Shown in pieces: positions 7,975 through 17,966 of a DNA stretch of 64,000 nt. This stretch comes from Deltaproteobacteria bacterium (lineage in GTDB: Bacteria; Myxococcota; Kuafuiibacteriia; Kuafuiibacteriales; Kuafuiibacteriaceae). The notes under the pieces are model-generated. The model made no database searches. It worked only from the letters and a program-made list of their open reading frames with translations, and had not been told where the DNA came from. Position 1 is the stretch's first letter, and each line of letters begins with the position of its first letter. The translations under genes and the position numbers were made by a program. The stretch is from positions 288,001-352,000 of the forward strand of contig JAVJQW010000011.1 of assembly GCA_040218735.1 (NCBI GenBank). The letters are read 5' to 3'.

Positions 7975-8772
7975 TCACATGGCGAGCGGACCGCCCGCGA
8001 CGTGGGCGCCGAGCTCGGTGGGCGTCATCTGCGCGAACGCGCGGACGTCGCGCGCGAGGTGCGCCTGGTCGTAGTACCCGAGGTCGGCGGCGAGCGGCGC
8101 GAGCGCCTCCGTTCCACCGGCGAGGCGTGTCGTGAGGCGGTCGAAGCGCACCAGGCGGGCGTAGAGCTTCGGGGTCACGCCGACGTGCTCGCGGAAGAGC
8201 CGAGCGAGGTGGGCGCGACTCACGCCGAGCTGCCCGCAGAGCGCAGCGACGTCGACGTTGCCGCCAGTGTCCTCGATGCAAGCGAGCGCGCACACGACCC
8301 GTGGATCCGCCGCCCGCACCGAAAGCCGCCCCGCGAGCCAGCGCTCGACGCGGTCGAAGCGTGCCTCCCACGAAGGGAGCCCCTGGAGCTCCTCCGGCAG
8401 CGACCGAAGTTTGGCCGGGAGGAGCGCGTCGAGATCGACGATCGTCCGCGTCAGCTCGTGCATCGCGACCCCGAACAGATCGCGGACGGCCATCGGTGAC
8501 AGATCGATCTGGATGCCGCGCTGCCAGCCGTCGTGGGCGGTCAGGGTCGAGCGGTCGTCGACCCCCGCGACGAACCCACCGCGAAACCGCGACGGCTCGG
8601 GACGGCCGTGCTCGAAGACGCCGAGCGGCGGCCCGAGCTCGATGATGCAGACGACCTTCGGCCCCGGAAGCTCACGCCGGCACAACGGGCCGGGCGTTCG
8701 TTCGTCGTACCCGAGGAGGCGCCGCACCGGGCTTCGCGTGGGCCGCCGCGTCGCGATGTCCCAGGTCGACAC
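7975..8772 (-). CDS. AraC-family transcriptional regulator
   Basis: HLARLFREHVGVTPK...LAADLGYYDQAHLARDVRAFAQMTP. Sits upstream of the VOC gene. Confidence 0.9.
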   Translation of the reverse strand: MSTWDIATRRPTRSPVRRLLGYDERTPGPLCRRELPGPKVVCIIELGPPLGVFEHGRPEPSRFRGGFVAGVDDRSTLTAHDGWQRGIQIDLSPMAVRDLFGVAMHELTRTIVDLDALLPAKLRSLPEELQGLPSWEARFDRVERWLAGRLSVRAADPRVVCALACIEDTGGNVDVAALCGQLGVSRAHLARLFREHVGVTPKLYARLVRFDRLTTRLAGGTEALAPLAADLGYYDQAHLARDVRAFAQMTPTELGAHVAGGPLAM

Positions 8773-8778
8773 GTGCCA

Positions 8779-9759
8779 TCAATGATACTCGGTATCGAGC
8801 GCGATGGTGTGGTTGTCGCCGCCGTTGTTGTCCCAGAGCGTCTGCCCGTCGACCTCGTAGAAGACCGCGTACTCGAACGTCACCGGATCCGGCGTGCACC
8901 ACGAGCAAGACTGCAGGCGCTCCGCGACGAGGTCCACGCCCCACTGCTCGAAGCCATCGCCCAGGTCGTGCTCGTAGGTCGCGAGGGTGTCGTGGTGGCT
9001 CGCCCAACCGTCGACGGTCCAGCGAACGCCGACCGTCTTGTGGAACGCCAGGTTCTCGACCGCGACGTCGATCCAGACGTTGGCGTCCCAGAACCACCCG
9101 TAGCGAACCCCGGAGGGCGCGTCCCAGTTCGACTGCCATTGACCGTCCGCGACGAGCGCGACGGCGGGCGCCGGGGGCGCTCCATCCTCGAGCGCGAAGA
9201 CGTAGTTCGCGCCGAAGTCGCTGTCGTACGCCGCGTGCGCGTGGAAGCTCCCCGACGAACGGTCGTAGTTGTCCTGCGCGCACTGCGTGTCACAGCCGCA
9301 GTACCACGTACGCACCGAGAAGCCGGGGACGTCGAAGTAGATCTCCAGCGCGCCCGCGTCGGAGGGGACCGCGATGTCGGCGCCGTCCTGCGCGTCGAGC
9401 GCGACGTGCGTGAACGCGCCGCTGTCGAAGCGGTAGTGCAAGTAGGCTTGCGGGACGGTGACCTCGCAGCAGCCGTAGCCGTAGCAGTGGAACGTCGTGG
9501 AGAAGTAGCCGAGGGAGTGCTCGCCGTCGACGATGTCGTAGAAGCGCATGCGGTCGAACTGCACCCGCACTTGTCCGCCGCGCACCGGCGGCGTCGAAGG
9601 GAGCGGCGTCGTGAACGCGCGGTCGAACACGATGAGCGAAGGCGCGGACGCGAGCCGCTCGACGTGGGTGTTGGCCGGGGCCGAGGGCACATCGACGACT
9701 TCGGGCGCGCAGCCCAGGAGCAGCAGAGACAAAAGCAGCGGGGACGGGACGCGTCGCAT
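8779..9759 (-). CDS. Lipoprotein with a DUF6209-like domain and a C-terminal CBM21-like carbohydrate-binding module
   Basis: Lipobox LLLLGC after ATG 9759. VAVENLAFHKTVGVRWTVDGW and WDNNGGDNH are CBM21-like; YDSDFGANYVF is DUF6209-like. Confidence 0.7.
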   Translation of the reverse strand: MRRVPSPLLLSLLLLGCAPEVVDVPSAPANTHVERLASAPSLIVFDRAFTTPLPSTPPVRGGQVRVQFDRMRFYDIVDGEHSLGYFSTTFHCYGYGCCEVTVPQAYLHYRFDSGAFTHVALDAQDGADIAVPSDAGALEIYFDVPGFSVRTWYCGCDTQCAQDNYDRSSGSFHAHAAYDSDFGANYVFALEDGAPPAPAVALVADGQWQSNWDAPSGVRYGWFWDANVWIDVAVENLAFHKTVGVRWTVDGWASHHDTLATYEHDLGDGFEQWGVDLVAERLQSCSWCTPDPVTFEYAVFYEVDGQTLWDNNGGDNHTIALDTEYH

Positions 9760-9872
9760 CCCCCCACCGCTATCGTCCCGGCCGAGCCCGGTCAATCCGT
9801 AGTCACTCATTCTAGAGTCACTTCGATTTCAGCCCGAACGGGGCCCTTTGGAGGCCGATCCCGCGTTCGCGG

Positions 9873-12800
9873 TCAGAGCGTCAGCTTGAAGCTCGCGCCG
9901 ACCGAGAAGCCCTTCCGGAACTCGCGCCAGACGCGGTCGAGCTGCAGGATCGTGAACTTCGGATCGAGGAGGTTGGAGCCGCTCAACTTGAGCGCCCCGT
10001 ACTCCCACAGGCGCCAGGTCCAGGTGATGTCGAGGGTCCCGATCGGCTGCAGGTAGAAGTCGGGCTGCATCAGGCTCCCGGTTTGGAAGAGGCGCTCGCC
10101 GATCTGGTTGAAGCTCAGGACGACGTCGTGCTCCTCCCCGTCGAGGCCCGCCTGGATGTTGATGACGTATGGCGCCTGCCCCACGAGCGGGCGCTCCGCG
10201 TTCGTCGCGATGCCCTGGTCAGCGAGCTCCACCGACGAGGTGATGAGCGCGATGTTCGCCTGGACGTAGAAGAGCTCCAGGACGTCGAGCGAGGGGTGGA
10301 GATCCTGGAGCCGCTCGAGATCGAAGCGGCCGCCGAGCTCCAGCCCGAAGACCTGCGCGCCCTTGGCGTTCTGGAGGGTCGAGACCGTCCCCGACCCCGC
10401 GCGCTGCACCGCCGCCTGCTCGATGGGGTCGGTGTAGAACTTCGTGAACGCGGCGAGCGACAGCGACTCCGTCGACGACGGGTACCACTCCAACCTGAAG
10501 TCACCCGCGTCGATCGTCGCCGGCAGCAGGTCTGGGTTCCCGAGGAACTCCTGCCCAGAGTCGGGATCGAAGAACGCCGCCGGAGACATCTCGTTGAACA
10601 CCGGCCGCGAGATGCTCCGCCCGTACGCGCCGCGCGCCTGCAGCTCCTCGAACACAAACCACGTCAGCGAGAGCGCCGGGAGCACGTCGAGCCTGTCGAA
10701 CCCACCCGTGGTCGGCTCCGCACCCGCGTCCGCCGCCTGGAAAGTCAGCACCTCGACGTCGGCGCTCTCCACGTGAACGCCACCGACGGCGCGCACGACG
10801 TCGCCGAAGTTGAGATCCGTCTGCGCGTAGCCGAAGTACACGTCGGCGTTACCGGTGTAGTCGTCACTGCCGACGAACGACTGATCGCGGAAGTCGAGGA
10901 GTGTGCCGGTGGCGGCTGGGTCGTAGAGCAGCTCGGGATCCGTCTCGAAGCGATCGACCTCGGACATGTCGTCCGGCCGCCAGCGGAAGAGCTGCGTCAG
11001 CGCCTCGCGGCGCGTGATCTCCAGGAACGCGCCCGCCTGCACCTTCCACTTCAGCCAATCCTTCTCGCCGTCGAAGATCGGCACGGTCACGTCCACGGCG
11101 GCGCTGACGTCGAGCTCGTTGACGGTGTTGTAGCTGCGGTTCATCCCCGCGTTACCGAACGCCGAAAACCTATCCTGCCCCTCCCGGCGCGAATATTCGT
11201 ACTCACGCCGGTCAGGTGCGTCGCGATCGGCGCGCGCCACGAGGCCCCGCCAGTCGACCTTCAGCACGTCGAAGTCGTGCTGGCCGATGAGTTGCTGAGC
11301 GAGCAGATCGCGCTCGATCCAACTCAGCAGGTAATTTCGAATCTCTCGATCGTCGCTGACCCGCGAGTCGCCCGAGGTGAGTTGGGAGCGCTGCTGAGTT
11401 TGGTGAACCCAGAACGTATTCGTCTGGAAGCTGTGTTTCTCCCACTGCGCCTCCGCCGTCATGAGCCCACTCAGGTTCGTGTTGAAGTCCGTGCGCTGCT
11501 CGACGAAATCGTTGCGCGTCACCAGGCGGTCCGTGCCGGAGAAGGAGCGCTGGATGCGCTCCTGCCGCCTCCACTGGTTGCCCCACTGCCCCGTCGCGAC
11601 GACGCCGAGGGTGCCGTCACCGGGGAGGTCGAAGTTCGTCCCGCCGGTAATCGTGACCCCGACGTCGGGCGGGAGCGTACGCTCGTCGAGGTTGTAGATG
11701 TTCCGGAAGGTCGAGCCGAGCATATTGCGCTCGGCGTCGGGGAAGCTGTCCAGCGACACGTCTCCCCCCTCCGTCGCGACGTTCACCTCTTCGGGGAGCG
11801 CGCGGGTCCCGTCGTCGAAGCCGAACAGGTCCCAGGTGCCCCCCTGGTAGTCGAACCCACTCGAGAACGTGCTGACGGAGTTGAACTGAGTTCCGAGCGA
11901 CAGCTCGAAGAACGCTTCGTCGCGCACCCCGCGGGTCTGGAGGTCGATCAGCCCCGCGCCGAACGCACCCGGCTTGTCCGCCGAGTAGGTCTTCTGCACC
12001 TCGATGCCGCTCAAGACGCCGGTGGGGAACAGGTCGAGGGGGACGATGCGCAGAAGCGGCTCCGGGCTGGGGAGCGGCGACCCATTCCAAGTCGTGCTCG
12101 TGTACCGATACGGCTGACCGCGGATGAGTACGTACTTACCGTCCTCCACCGTCAAACCCGTGACGCGCTGGAGCGCGTCCGCCGCGTTGCTGTCCCCTGC
12201 CGCCGACATCTGCGCGGCGCCCAGGACCTCCGTCACGTTCGACGTCTCGCGCTGCGCCTCGATCACCGACGCGATCGAACCCTCCACGTACGGCGCCGTG
12301 ACCACGTAATCCTTCAGCGCGATACCGGTCGGCGTCAGCTCGACGTCGACCGTGATCTTCTTCGCGGAGATCACCCGGATGTTGTTGAGCGTCTGCGTGT
12401 CGAACGTCGGGTGGATGACGGACATCGAGTACGTACCCACCGGAACCTCCGCCTCGAAGTACCCGTCGTCGTTGGTCACGACCTGCCGATCCGTCCCCGA
12501 GAAGTAGATCCGCGCGCCCACCACCGGCACCTGGTCCTCCGCCGAGAGGATCCGCCCCGTCACGGCACCCGGCGGGAGGGACGCCTGCTTCTTCCGACGC
12601 TCCCGTGCCTGGCGCCGGTCGGCGGTGTCCACGGGCGCCCTCCCCTCAGAGCTCTCGAAGAGCACCGTCGGTGGGCCGTCGGCGTGCAGGGTCACGATCG
12701 CCTGCACGACCTCGTCATCGTCGGTCAGCAAGTCGAGCGTCGCGACCGTGCTGCTGTCCGTGTACAGCTCCACCTTCACGCGCCCCGACGGCACCGTCAG

Positions 12801-12965
12801 CGTCAGCACCCCGTCGACGTCGGTCTCCCCCGCCGCCGAGCCGTCCACGCGTACTTCGAGCCCGGCCGCGGGCGTCGTCTCGCGGAACACGACGAGGTCG
12901 ATGGTGGAGGTCGGCGCGCTCGGAGCCTGGGCACCGAGCGAGAGGAGTAGCAGTAGCGGGGTCAT
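9873..12965 (-). CDS. TonB-dependent receptor with carboxypeptidase-regulatory-like N-terminal domains
   Basis: Plug segment DSNAADALQRVTGLTV...IRG...PLDLFP..GIEVQKTYSAD.PG.FGAG; GNPDLLPA; ends in a beta strand (GASFKLTL). Confidence 0.92.
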   Translation of the reverse strand: MTPLLLLLSLGAQAPSAPTSTIDLVVFRETTPAAGLEVRVDGSAAGETDVDGVLTLTVPSGRVKVELYTDSSTVATLDLLTDDDEVVQAIVTLHADGPPTVLFESSEGRAPVDTADRRQARERRKKQASLPPGAVTGRILSAEDQVPVVGARIYFSGTDRQVVTNDDGYFEAEVPVGTYSMSVIHPTFDTQTLNNIRVISAKKITVDVELTPTGIALKDYVVTAPYVEGSIASVIEAQRETSNVTEVLGAAQMSAAGDSNAADALQRVTGLTVEDGKYVLIRGQPYRYTSTTWNGSPLPSPEPLLRIVPLDLFPTGVLSGIEVQKTYSADKPGAFGAGLIDLQTRGVRDEAFFELSLGTQFNSVSTFSSGFDYQGGTWDLFGFDDGTRALPEEVNVATEGGDVSLDSFPDAERNMLGSTFRNIYNLDERTLPPDVGVTITGGTNFDLPGDGTLGVVATGQWGNQWRRQERIQRSFSGTDRLVTRNDFVEQRTDFNTNLSGLMTAEAQWEKHSFQTNTFWVHQTQQRSQLTSGDSRVSDDREIRNYLLSWIERDLLAQQLIGQHDFDVLKVDWRGLVARADRDAPDRREYEYSRREGQDRFSAFGNAGMNRSYNTVNELDVSAAVDVTVPIFDGEKDWLKWKVQAGAFLEITRREALTQLFRWRPDDMSEVDRFETDPELLYDPAATGTLLDFRDQSFVGSDDYTGNADVYFGYAQTDLNFGDVVRAVGGVHVESADVEVLTFQAADAGAEPTTGGFDRLDVLPALSLTWFVFEELQARGAYGRSISRPVFNEMSPAAFFDPDSGQEFLGNPDLLPATIDAGDFRLEWYPSSTESLSLAAFTKFYTDPIEQAAVQRAGSGTVSTLQNAKGAQVFGLELGGRFDLERLQDLHPSLDVLELFYVQANIALITSSVELADQGIATNAERPLVGQAPYVINIQAGLDGEEHDVVLSFNQIGERLFQTGSLMQPDFYLQPIGTLDITWTWRLWEYGALKLSGSNLLDPKFTILQLDRVWREFRKGFSVGASFKLTL

Positions 12966-12977
12966 CGTCGGGCTCGT

Positions 12978-14132
12978 TCAGCACTTCCAGCGTTCGCCGC
13001 GGCACTCCTGCATCGCCTTGCGAATCTCGGCCGCCTTGCGGAACAGCTCGGGGTCCTTGACCCCCGTGAGCAGGCGTTCGGCGTTCTCGTACTCACCTTC
13101 TTCGAACCAGGCGTAGGCGACGGCGTAGCGGATGCTGTCGTCGGCGAGCAGCCCGTTCCGGAGCAGGTCACGCTCCATCGAAGCGATCATGTCGTAGCGC
13201 TGCAGGTCCAAGAGGATCGCGAGGCGCTGCCTCAGGCGCGCCTTGCTGTCCGCGATGCGTCCGTTCAACGCCAGCGCGCGCAGCGGGAGCCCCGCCGTGC
13301 GGAACAGCTCCGAGGCCTCCACCGCAAGCTCCCCGTCGCCGACCAGCGCGAGCCGCTCCAGCAGCTCCGCCGCCGTCCGCGGCATCTCCTTCTGCTTGTA
13401 CGCACGCGCGAGCGCCATGATCACCGTGCGCTGTCCCGGTCCCTCGAGGTTGGCGGTCTCCAGGAACGCGAGGCCCTCCTCGATGCTCCCGGACTCGATG
13501 ATCGACCACCCGATCGCGAGCTGATCCTCGGCCGTGCCTCCGGTCGCTCGAATGTATTCGCGACCCAGATCCGCCGCGGTGTGGAACAGCCCCAGCTCGA
13601 CCGCCAGGAACACCTTGCGACGGAGCAGCGGGTTGAACGTCGGGTGGGTCTCGATCCCCGCGTCCAGCATGTTCCACGCGGACCGGTTGTCACCCAGCTC
13701 ATGGTGCGCCTCCGCGCGCATCGCGAAGGTCCCCGCGATCGAGCGCGACTTGTCCTCCGCCTTCGCAAACGCCGCGAGCGAAGCCTCCCACTCCTTCGCG
13801 CCGAAGCGCGCCTGGCCGAGGTGCACGTAGATCAACGGCTCGACGAAGCCGTTCGTGATCGCCTCCTCGAACGCGTCGCCAGCGTCTTGGTACAGGCCCT
13901 GGTGCAGGCGCACGAGGCCGTAGAGGAGATGGAAGCGGCCGAGGTCGGTGTCCTCGTCCTCGAGGTTCACCTGCAAGAGCGCTTGCTCCGCGCGATCGTA
14001 GTGTTTGTCGCGCAGCATGATTGTCGCCAGCGCGAGGAAGTCGACTTCCTGCTTCTTCTTTCGCTTCGCCTCCGCCAGCGGAGCCGAGAGCCCCACGGCC
14101 GCGACGAGCGCGATGGCGACGACGAGCCTCAT
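12978..14132 (-). CDS. Periplasmic TPR protein (TtpD-like position in the TonB2-type operon)
   Basis: Signal peptide, TPR-like helical repeats, located directly after tonB. Confidence 0.75.
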   Translation of the reverse strand: MRLVVAIALVAAVGLSAPLAEAKRKKKQEVDFLALATIMLRDKHYDRAEQALLQVNLEDEDTDLGRFHLLYGLVRLHQGLYQDAGDAFEEAITNGFVEPLIYVHLGQARFGAKEWEASLAAFAKAEDKSRSIAGTFAMRAEAHHELGDNRSAWNMLDAGIETHPTFNPLLRRKVFLAVELGLFHTAADLGREYIRATGGTAEDQLAIGWSIIESGSIEEGLAFLETANLEGPGQRTVIMALARAYKQKEMPRTAAELLERLALVGDGELAVEASELFRTAGLPLRALALNGRIADSKARLRQRLAILLDLQRYDMIASMERDLLRNGLLADDSIRYAVAYAWFEEGEYENAERLLTGVKDPELFRKAAEIRKAMQECRGERWKC

Positions 14133-14770
14133 GTGCGCCTCAGGTCGAACTGGATCTTCTGGCGCACGCGCACGCGCACCGGCTGGCCCTGATACTGGGC
14201 GGGATCGAACTGCCAGGAGCGGATGTTCTCGAGCGCGACGTCGTCGAACGCACCCGGCGGCTTCGACTCGAGGACCTTCGCGTCCTCGACGTCACCCGCC
14301 TTGGTCACCACGATGCTGAGCACGACGTACCCTTCGACGCCCTTCTCGCGGAGGCGGCTCGGGTACTCCGGCGCACGACGACCGCGCGGCTTCGGCGGGT
14401 CGTCGACGGTCTCGCCCGTGTGGGTGACCTCCTCGTCCGTGTCGAGCAGCTCGTTGGTGCCGCCGCCGAGCGACGCAACGTCGAGCGACGGGATGTTCAC
14501 CGCGATGCCCGAGAGGCCACCCGCGATCGCCGCAAGCGACGGCGCCGGAGGCGCCGGCTTCGCCTTGCGCGGCTTCGGCTTCGGCTTGCTGACGTGCTGC
14601 TTCGGCTTCGGCTTCGGCGTGGGGGCCATCTCGATGGCCGTCGCCTCGCCGACGTCGTTCTTCGGTGGTGCCTCCGCGAACTCGTTCATCGCGATGACCA
14701 CCGCGAGGACGGTCGAGGACCCGAAGGTCGTGAACAGGATCGCGAACAAGAAGTTACGCGCGCGTTTCAT
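14129..14770 (-). CDS. tonB: Energy transducer TonB
   Basis: N-terminal TM helix, KP-rich linker, PEYP..LREKGVEGYVVL...WQFDPA. Confidence 0.9.
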   Translation of the reverse strand: MKRARNFLFAILFTTFGSSTVLAVVIAMNEFAEAPPKNDVGEATAIEMAPTPKPKPKQHVSKPKPKPRKAKPAPPAPSLAAIAGGLSGIAVNIPSLDVASLGGGTNELLDTDEEVTHTGETVDDPPKPRGRRAPEYPSRLREKGVEGYVVLSIVVTKAGDVEDAKVLESKPPGAFDDVALENIRSWQFDPAQYQGQPVRVRVRQKIQFDLRRT

Positions 14771-15174
14771 CGGCCCACCTCCAACTCGGTTGCGACGCCG
14801 ACGTCGGTCGCGCCCGCGAGGCGCGCCTGGTCGACGACTTCGATCAGACGACGGGAAGCCACGCTCCCGTCCGTGACCACGAGGACGGAGTCCGACGAAC
14901 CGCTCGAGAGCATGTCGCGGACCCGGCTCTGGATCATCCAGACGCGAACGGGCTGACCGTCCATGTACGTGTTGCCGTCCTGCGCGATGAAGATGCGGAT
15001 GGCCTTGGTCGAGGCCACGGTCGCGGTGGACGCCTTCGGACGCTGGATGTCGAGGTCCATGTCCTTCACGAAGGTCGTGCTGACCATGAAGAAGATCAGC
15101 AGGATGAAGACCATGTCGATCAGCGGGGAGATGTCGATGCCCGCTTCACCTTCACGACGATGTCTGGAGCTCAC
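14767..15174 (-). CDS. exbD: Biopolymer transport ExbD/TolR
   Basis: DISPLIDMVFILLIFFMVSTTF. Confidence 0.93.
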   Translation of the reverse strand: MSSRHRREGEAGIDISPLIDMVFILLIFFMVSTTFVKDMDLDIQRPKASTATVASTKAIRIFIAQDGNTYMDGQPVRVWMIQSRVRDMLSSGSSDSVLVVTDGSVASRRLIEVVDQARLAGATDVGVATELEVGR

Positions 15175-15767
15175 GCCGCCACCTCCCGACCGTCCCCGAC
15201 GAGGATGGTCTTGAGCTCGTCGAGTTGGACGAGCGCGGACGCTTCGCGCTTCGCGAGCATCCCTTCCATCACGAGCCCGGGGATCGCGACGGCGAGCCCG
15301 AACTGCGTGGTCAAGAGCGCCTGCGAGATGCCCGCCGCGATGCCGCCCGACTGCGAGTAGAGCGTCATGTCACCGAGCGACGCGAACGTCTCGATCATCC
15401 CGGACACCGTGCCGAGCAACCCGAGCAGCGGAGCGACCGCGACGACCGCCCGCACCACGACGCGGTAACGCGACAGCTCGCGCTCCAGCGGCACGAAACA
15501 CGTCGTGAGCTCACGCCGCACGTCCGCGACCGTCGAGCTCACGATGCGCACGCCCTCGACCGCCGCCTGCTCGACGACGCTGCCGGGGATCAAACGCCCC
15601 TCCCGCGCCATGTGCACGAGCACGCGCGGTGAGTGACCGCGACCGCGACGCGTAGCCGAGGCGCGGTAACCGAGCCCGAACCAGAGCAGCACGGTACCCG
15701 CGATCAGCGGGGGCATGACGTAGCCGCCCATGGCGACGTACTCGAGGAGCTTGTCCACGATGCCCAC
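15171..15767 (-). CDS. exbB: MotA/TolQ/ExbB proton channel
   Basis: APLLGLLGTVSGMIETF...GISQALLTTQFGL. Confidence 0.92.
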   Translation of the reverse strand: MGIVDKLLEYVAMGGYVMPPLIAGTVLLWFGLGYRASATRRGRGHSPRVLVHMAREGRLIPGSVVEQAAVEGVRIVSSTVADVRRELTTCFVPLERELSRYRVVVRAVVAVAPLLGLLGTVSGMIETFASLGDMTLYSQSGGIAAGISQALLTTQFGLAVAIPGLVMEGMLAKREASALVQLDELKTILVGDGREVAA

Positions 15768-15773
15768 GGCGCT

Positions 15774-17111
15774 TTAGTCCTTCTGCGTCCCTTCGAAGCG
15801 GTTGACGATCGACAGCGCGACGCGCTCGACCTCACCTTCGATTCGCTCGCCCCACCCCTTCAGGAGGTTGCCGAGGAGCAGCGTGGGGATGGCGACGATC
15901 AGGCCGAGCTCGGTCGTCACCAGCGCGGTCGAGATGCCGCCGGAGAGCATCTTCGGATCGCCGGTGCCGAACTTCGTGATGACGTCGAACGTCGAGATCA
16001 TGCCGGTGACGGTGCCGAGCAGCCCGAGCAGCGGCGACACCGCGGCGATCACGAGGATGACCGTCGCGAAGCGGTTGATGCGACGGTTCTCCGCGAGGAG
16101 GTGCTCCTCGACGAGCTCGTCGAGGCGCTTCGTCCCGCGCTGCAATCCCGCGAGGACGCCGTGCGCGACACGCGCTGCGGAGCCGGCGGTCGCCTTCGCA
16201 AACGCCGTCGCTTCCTCGAGCCGCCCCTCGTCGACGAGGCCACCGACGCGCTCCTCGACGGACTGCGAGGCGGCGCCGGAACGCAGGAGCAAGAGCCCTC
16301 GGAGGAGCACGAGCAACAGCCCGAACGCGCCGAGGCCGACGATCACCCAGGCGATCGCGCCGCCGCTGTCGACGTGCTCGTAGATCGTCTGGCCTTCGTC
16401 TTCGCTGACCTCCCCGTCGAGCGACTCGAACAGGAACAGCGGGAGCGCGGCGGGGCGCTCCCCGCCCGCGACCGCGCGGGCCGCGGCCTCACCCTGGTTC
16501 TGCCAGATCTTCAGCTTGCCGGCGCCGGCCGGCGCGAGGACACCCGCGCCGCGATCGCTCACGCCGTAGGCGGCGATGCGGCCGAGGCGCACGATCGATC
16601 CCTCGACCTTCGTCCCGTCCGCGAGGAAGAACGAGTCGCGTGCGCGCTGCACGCTCGAGAGTCGGTCGAGCAGATCGACCGCAGCGCCGAAGTTGGCGTC
16701 GAGCTTCGCCGCATCGGGCGCGCCCTTCTCGACCTCCGCGGTCACTGCGTAGTCGAGCAATGTCGTCGAGGACTGCTCCAGCGTCGCCGAGACGATCGTC
16801 CCCTCGTCGACGGTGCTCTGCGCGGAGGTCTCGGCCTCCAGCGCGGCGTCGTGCGCGGCGCGGAGGCGCTCCTCCTGTCCGAGGAGCTGCGCTTCGAGCT
16901 TCGCGATCGCGTCGGCCGCTTCGCGCTGCTCGCGCTCGGCGCGCTGCTTCGACTCGGCCATGCGCTTCTCGAGCTCGCGCTTCTGGCCGGCGAGGAACGC
17001 AAACTCCTTCTTGTAGGCCGCGTCGATCGAGATCGTCGCGGGTGCGGGTTTGTCGGTCGTGCCGCTCGGCTGCGTGAGCAGGAGCAGCGCGGTCATCGTG
17101 GCGAGGCTCAT
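15774..17111 (-). CDS. TtpC-like long ExbB-family protein with a periplasmic coiled-coil N-terminus
   Basis: Signal peptide, coiled coil, IVRLGRIAAY, and C-terminal PLLGLLGTVTGMISTFDVITKFGTGDPKMLSGGISTALVTTELGL. Confidence 0.85.
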   Translation of the reverse strand: MSLATMTALLLLTQPSGTTDKPAPATISIDAAYKKEFAFLAGQKRELEKRMAESKQRAEREQREAADAIAKLEAQLLGQEERLRAAHDAALEAETSAQSTVDEGTIVSATLEQSSTTLLDYAVTAEVEKGAPDAAKLDANFGAAVDLLDRLSSVQRARDSFFLADGTKVEGSIVRLGRIAAYGVSDRGAGVLAPAGAGKLKIWQNQGEAAARAVAGGERPAALPLFLFESLDGEVSEDEGQTIYEHVDSGGAIAWVIVGLGAFGLLLVLLRGLLLLRSGAASQSVEERVGGLVDEGRLEEATAFAKATAGSAARVAHGVLAGLQRGTKRLDELVEEHLLAENRRINRFATVILVIAAVSPLLGLLGTVTGMISTFDVITKFGTGDPKMLSGGISTALVTTELGLIVAIPTLLLGNLLKGWGERIEGEVERVALSIVNRFEGTQKD

Positions 17112-17881
17112 CGAACACCTCCGGAGATGGCGTACGGCACGACGAAGTAGCCGGTGCGCACCTGCTTCTCGAACGCATCGAACAGCGCCTGAACCTTCTT
17201 CGCGTCCTCGCCGTCGATCGCGGTGTACTGCCAGGCGTCGCCCTTCTTCTCTGCGAAGCCGACGCGGCCGTCGTTCGTCGAGAAGAACAGCATCACCATC
17301 CCGAGGCGGACGACGTCGGCGAGCTGCTCCTTGCCGTCGATCTCGATGACCTGCGAGAACTGTCCGTTCTCACGCGCGAGGCGGAGCTCGTCCTCGACGT
17401 AGGTCCACAGCTGATTCATCGCGCGCGGCGCGGACAGCTCACCCTTCTCGAGTTTCTTGCCGATCCCCTGCAGCTCACTGAGGCGGTCGTCGCGTTTGAA
17501 CGGGAGCGAGCCCTCGACGTGCTGCGTGAGCCGGTTGATCGTGCTGCGGACGACCGGGCTGAGCGCGGTCGCCTGCGACGACGCGCGCGCCTTCTCTTCA
17601 CGCGAACGGTCGGTCGCCTGCCGGAGCTTCTTGATCTCGAGCTCCTTGCGTTGGACTTCGCTCTCGAGCTCCAGGCGTCGCTGCGCGTACGAGCGCATCG
17701 CGTCCTTGTGCTGGCGTTTGTCGGCCTCGAAGGCGTCGTGGAGGCTCTCGACCTCGCCGCGGAGACGAATGAGCTCCTTGGCCAGGTTGGAGAGGTCCTC
17801 CTCCGCGAGACCGCGGACGGCGAGGAGCTGAACGCCCACCACCACCGCTAGTCCGCCAATCCAGTGCGTGCGCGTCTTCAT
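17108..17881 (-). CDS. DUF3450 family (TtpB-like) periplasmic coiled-coil protein
   Basis: ATG 17881, signal peptide, SLPFKRDDRL..L, VVRLGMVMLFF; directly upstream of the TtpC-like gene. Confidence 0.8.
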   Translation of the reverse strand: MKTRTHWIGGLAVVVGVQLLAVRGLAEEDLSNLAKELIRLRGEVESLHDAFEADKRQHKDAMRSYAQRRLELESEVQRKELEIKKLRQATDRSREEKARASSQATALSPVVRSTINRLTQHVEGSLPFKRDDRLSELQGIGKKLEKGELSAPRAMNQLWTYVEDELRLARENGQFSQVIEIDGKEQLADVVRLGMVMLFFSTNDGRVGFAEKKGDAWQYTAIDGEDAKKVQALFDAFEKQVRTGYFVVPYAISGGVR

Positions 17882-17966
17882 ATCGTGGTCCTTCGTCGAA
17901 AAACGGCGAAAGGGCCGAGACACCCGCTTCGATGCCTCGGCCCCCGAACTCATCGGATGCCGGCGA

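Noticed and set aside
10083-12950. 955-aa plus-strand ORF, and similar long ORFs at 26223-29930, 34973-37132 and 37502-40267
   Set aside because: High-GC shadow frames overlapping well-supported genes, with Arg/Ala/Gly-rich nonsense composition.
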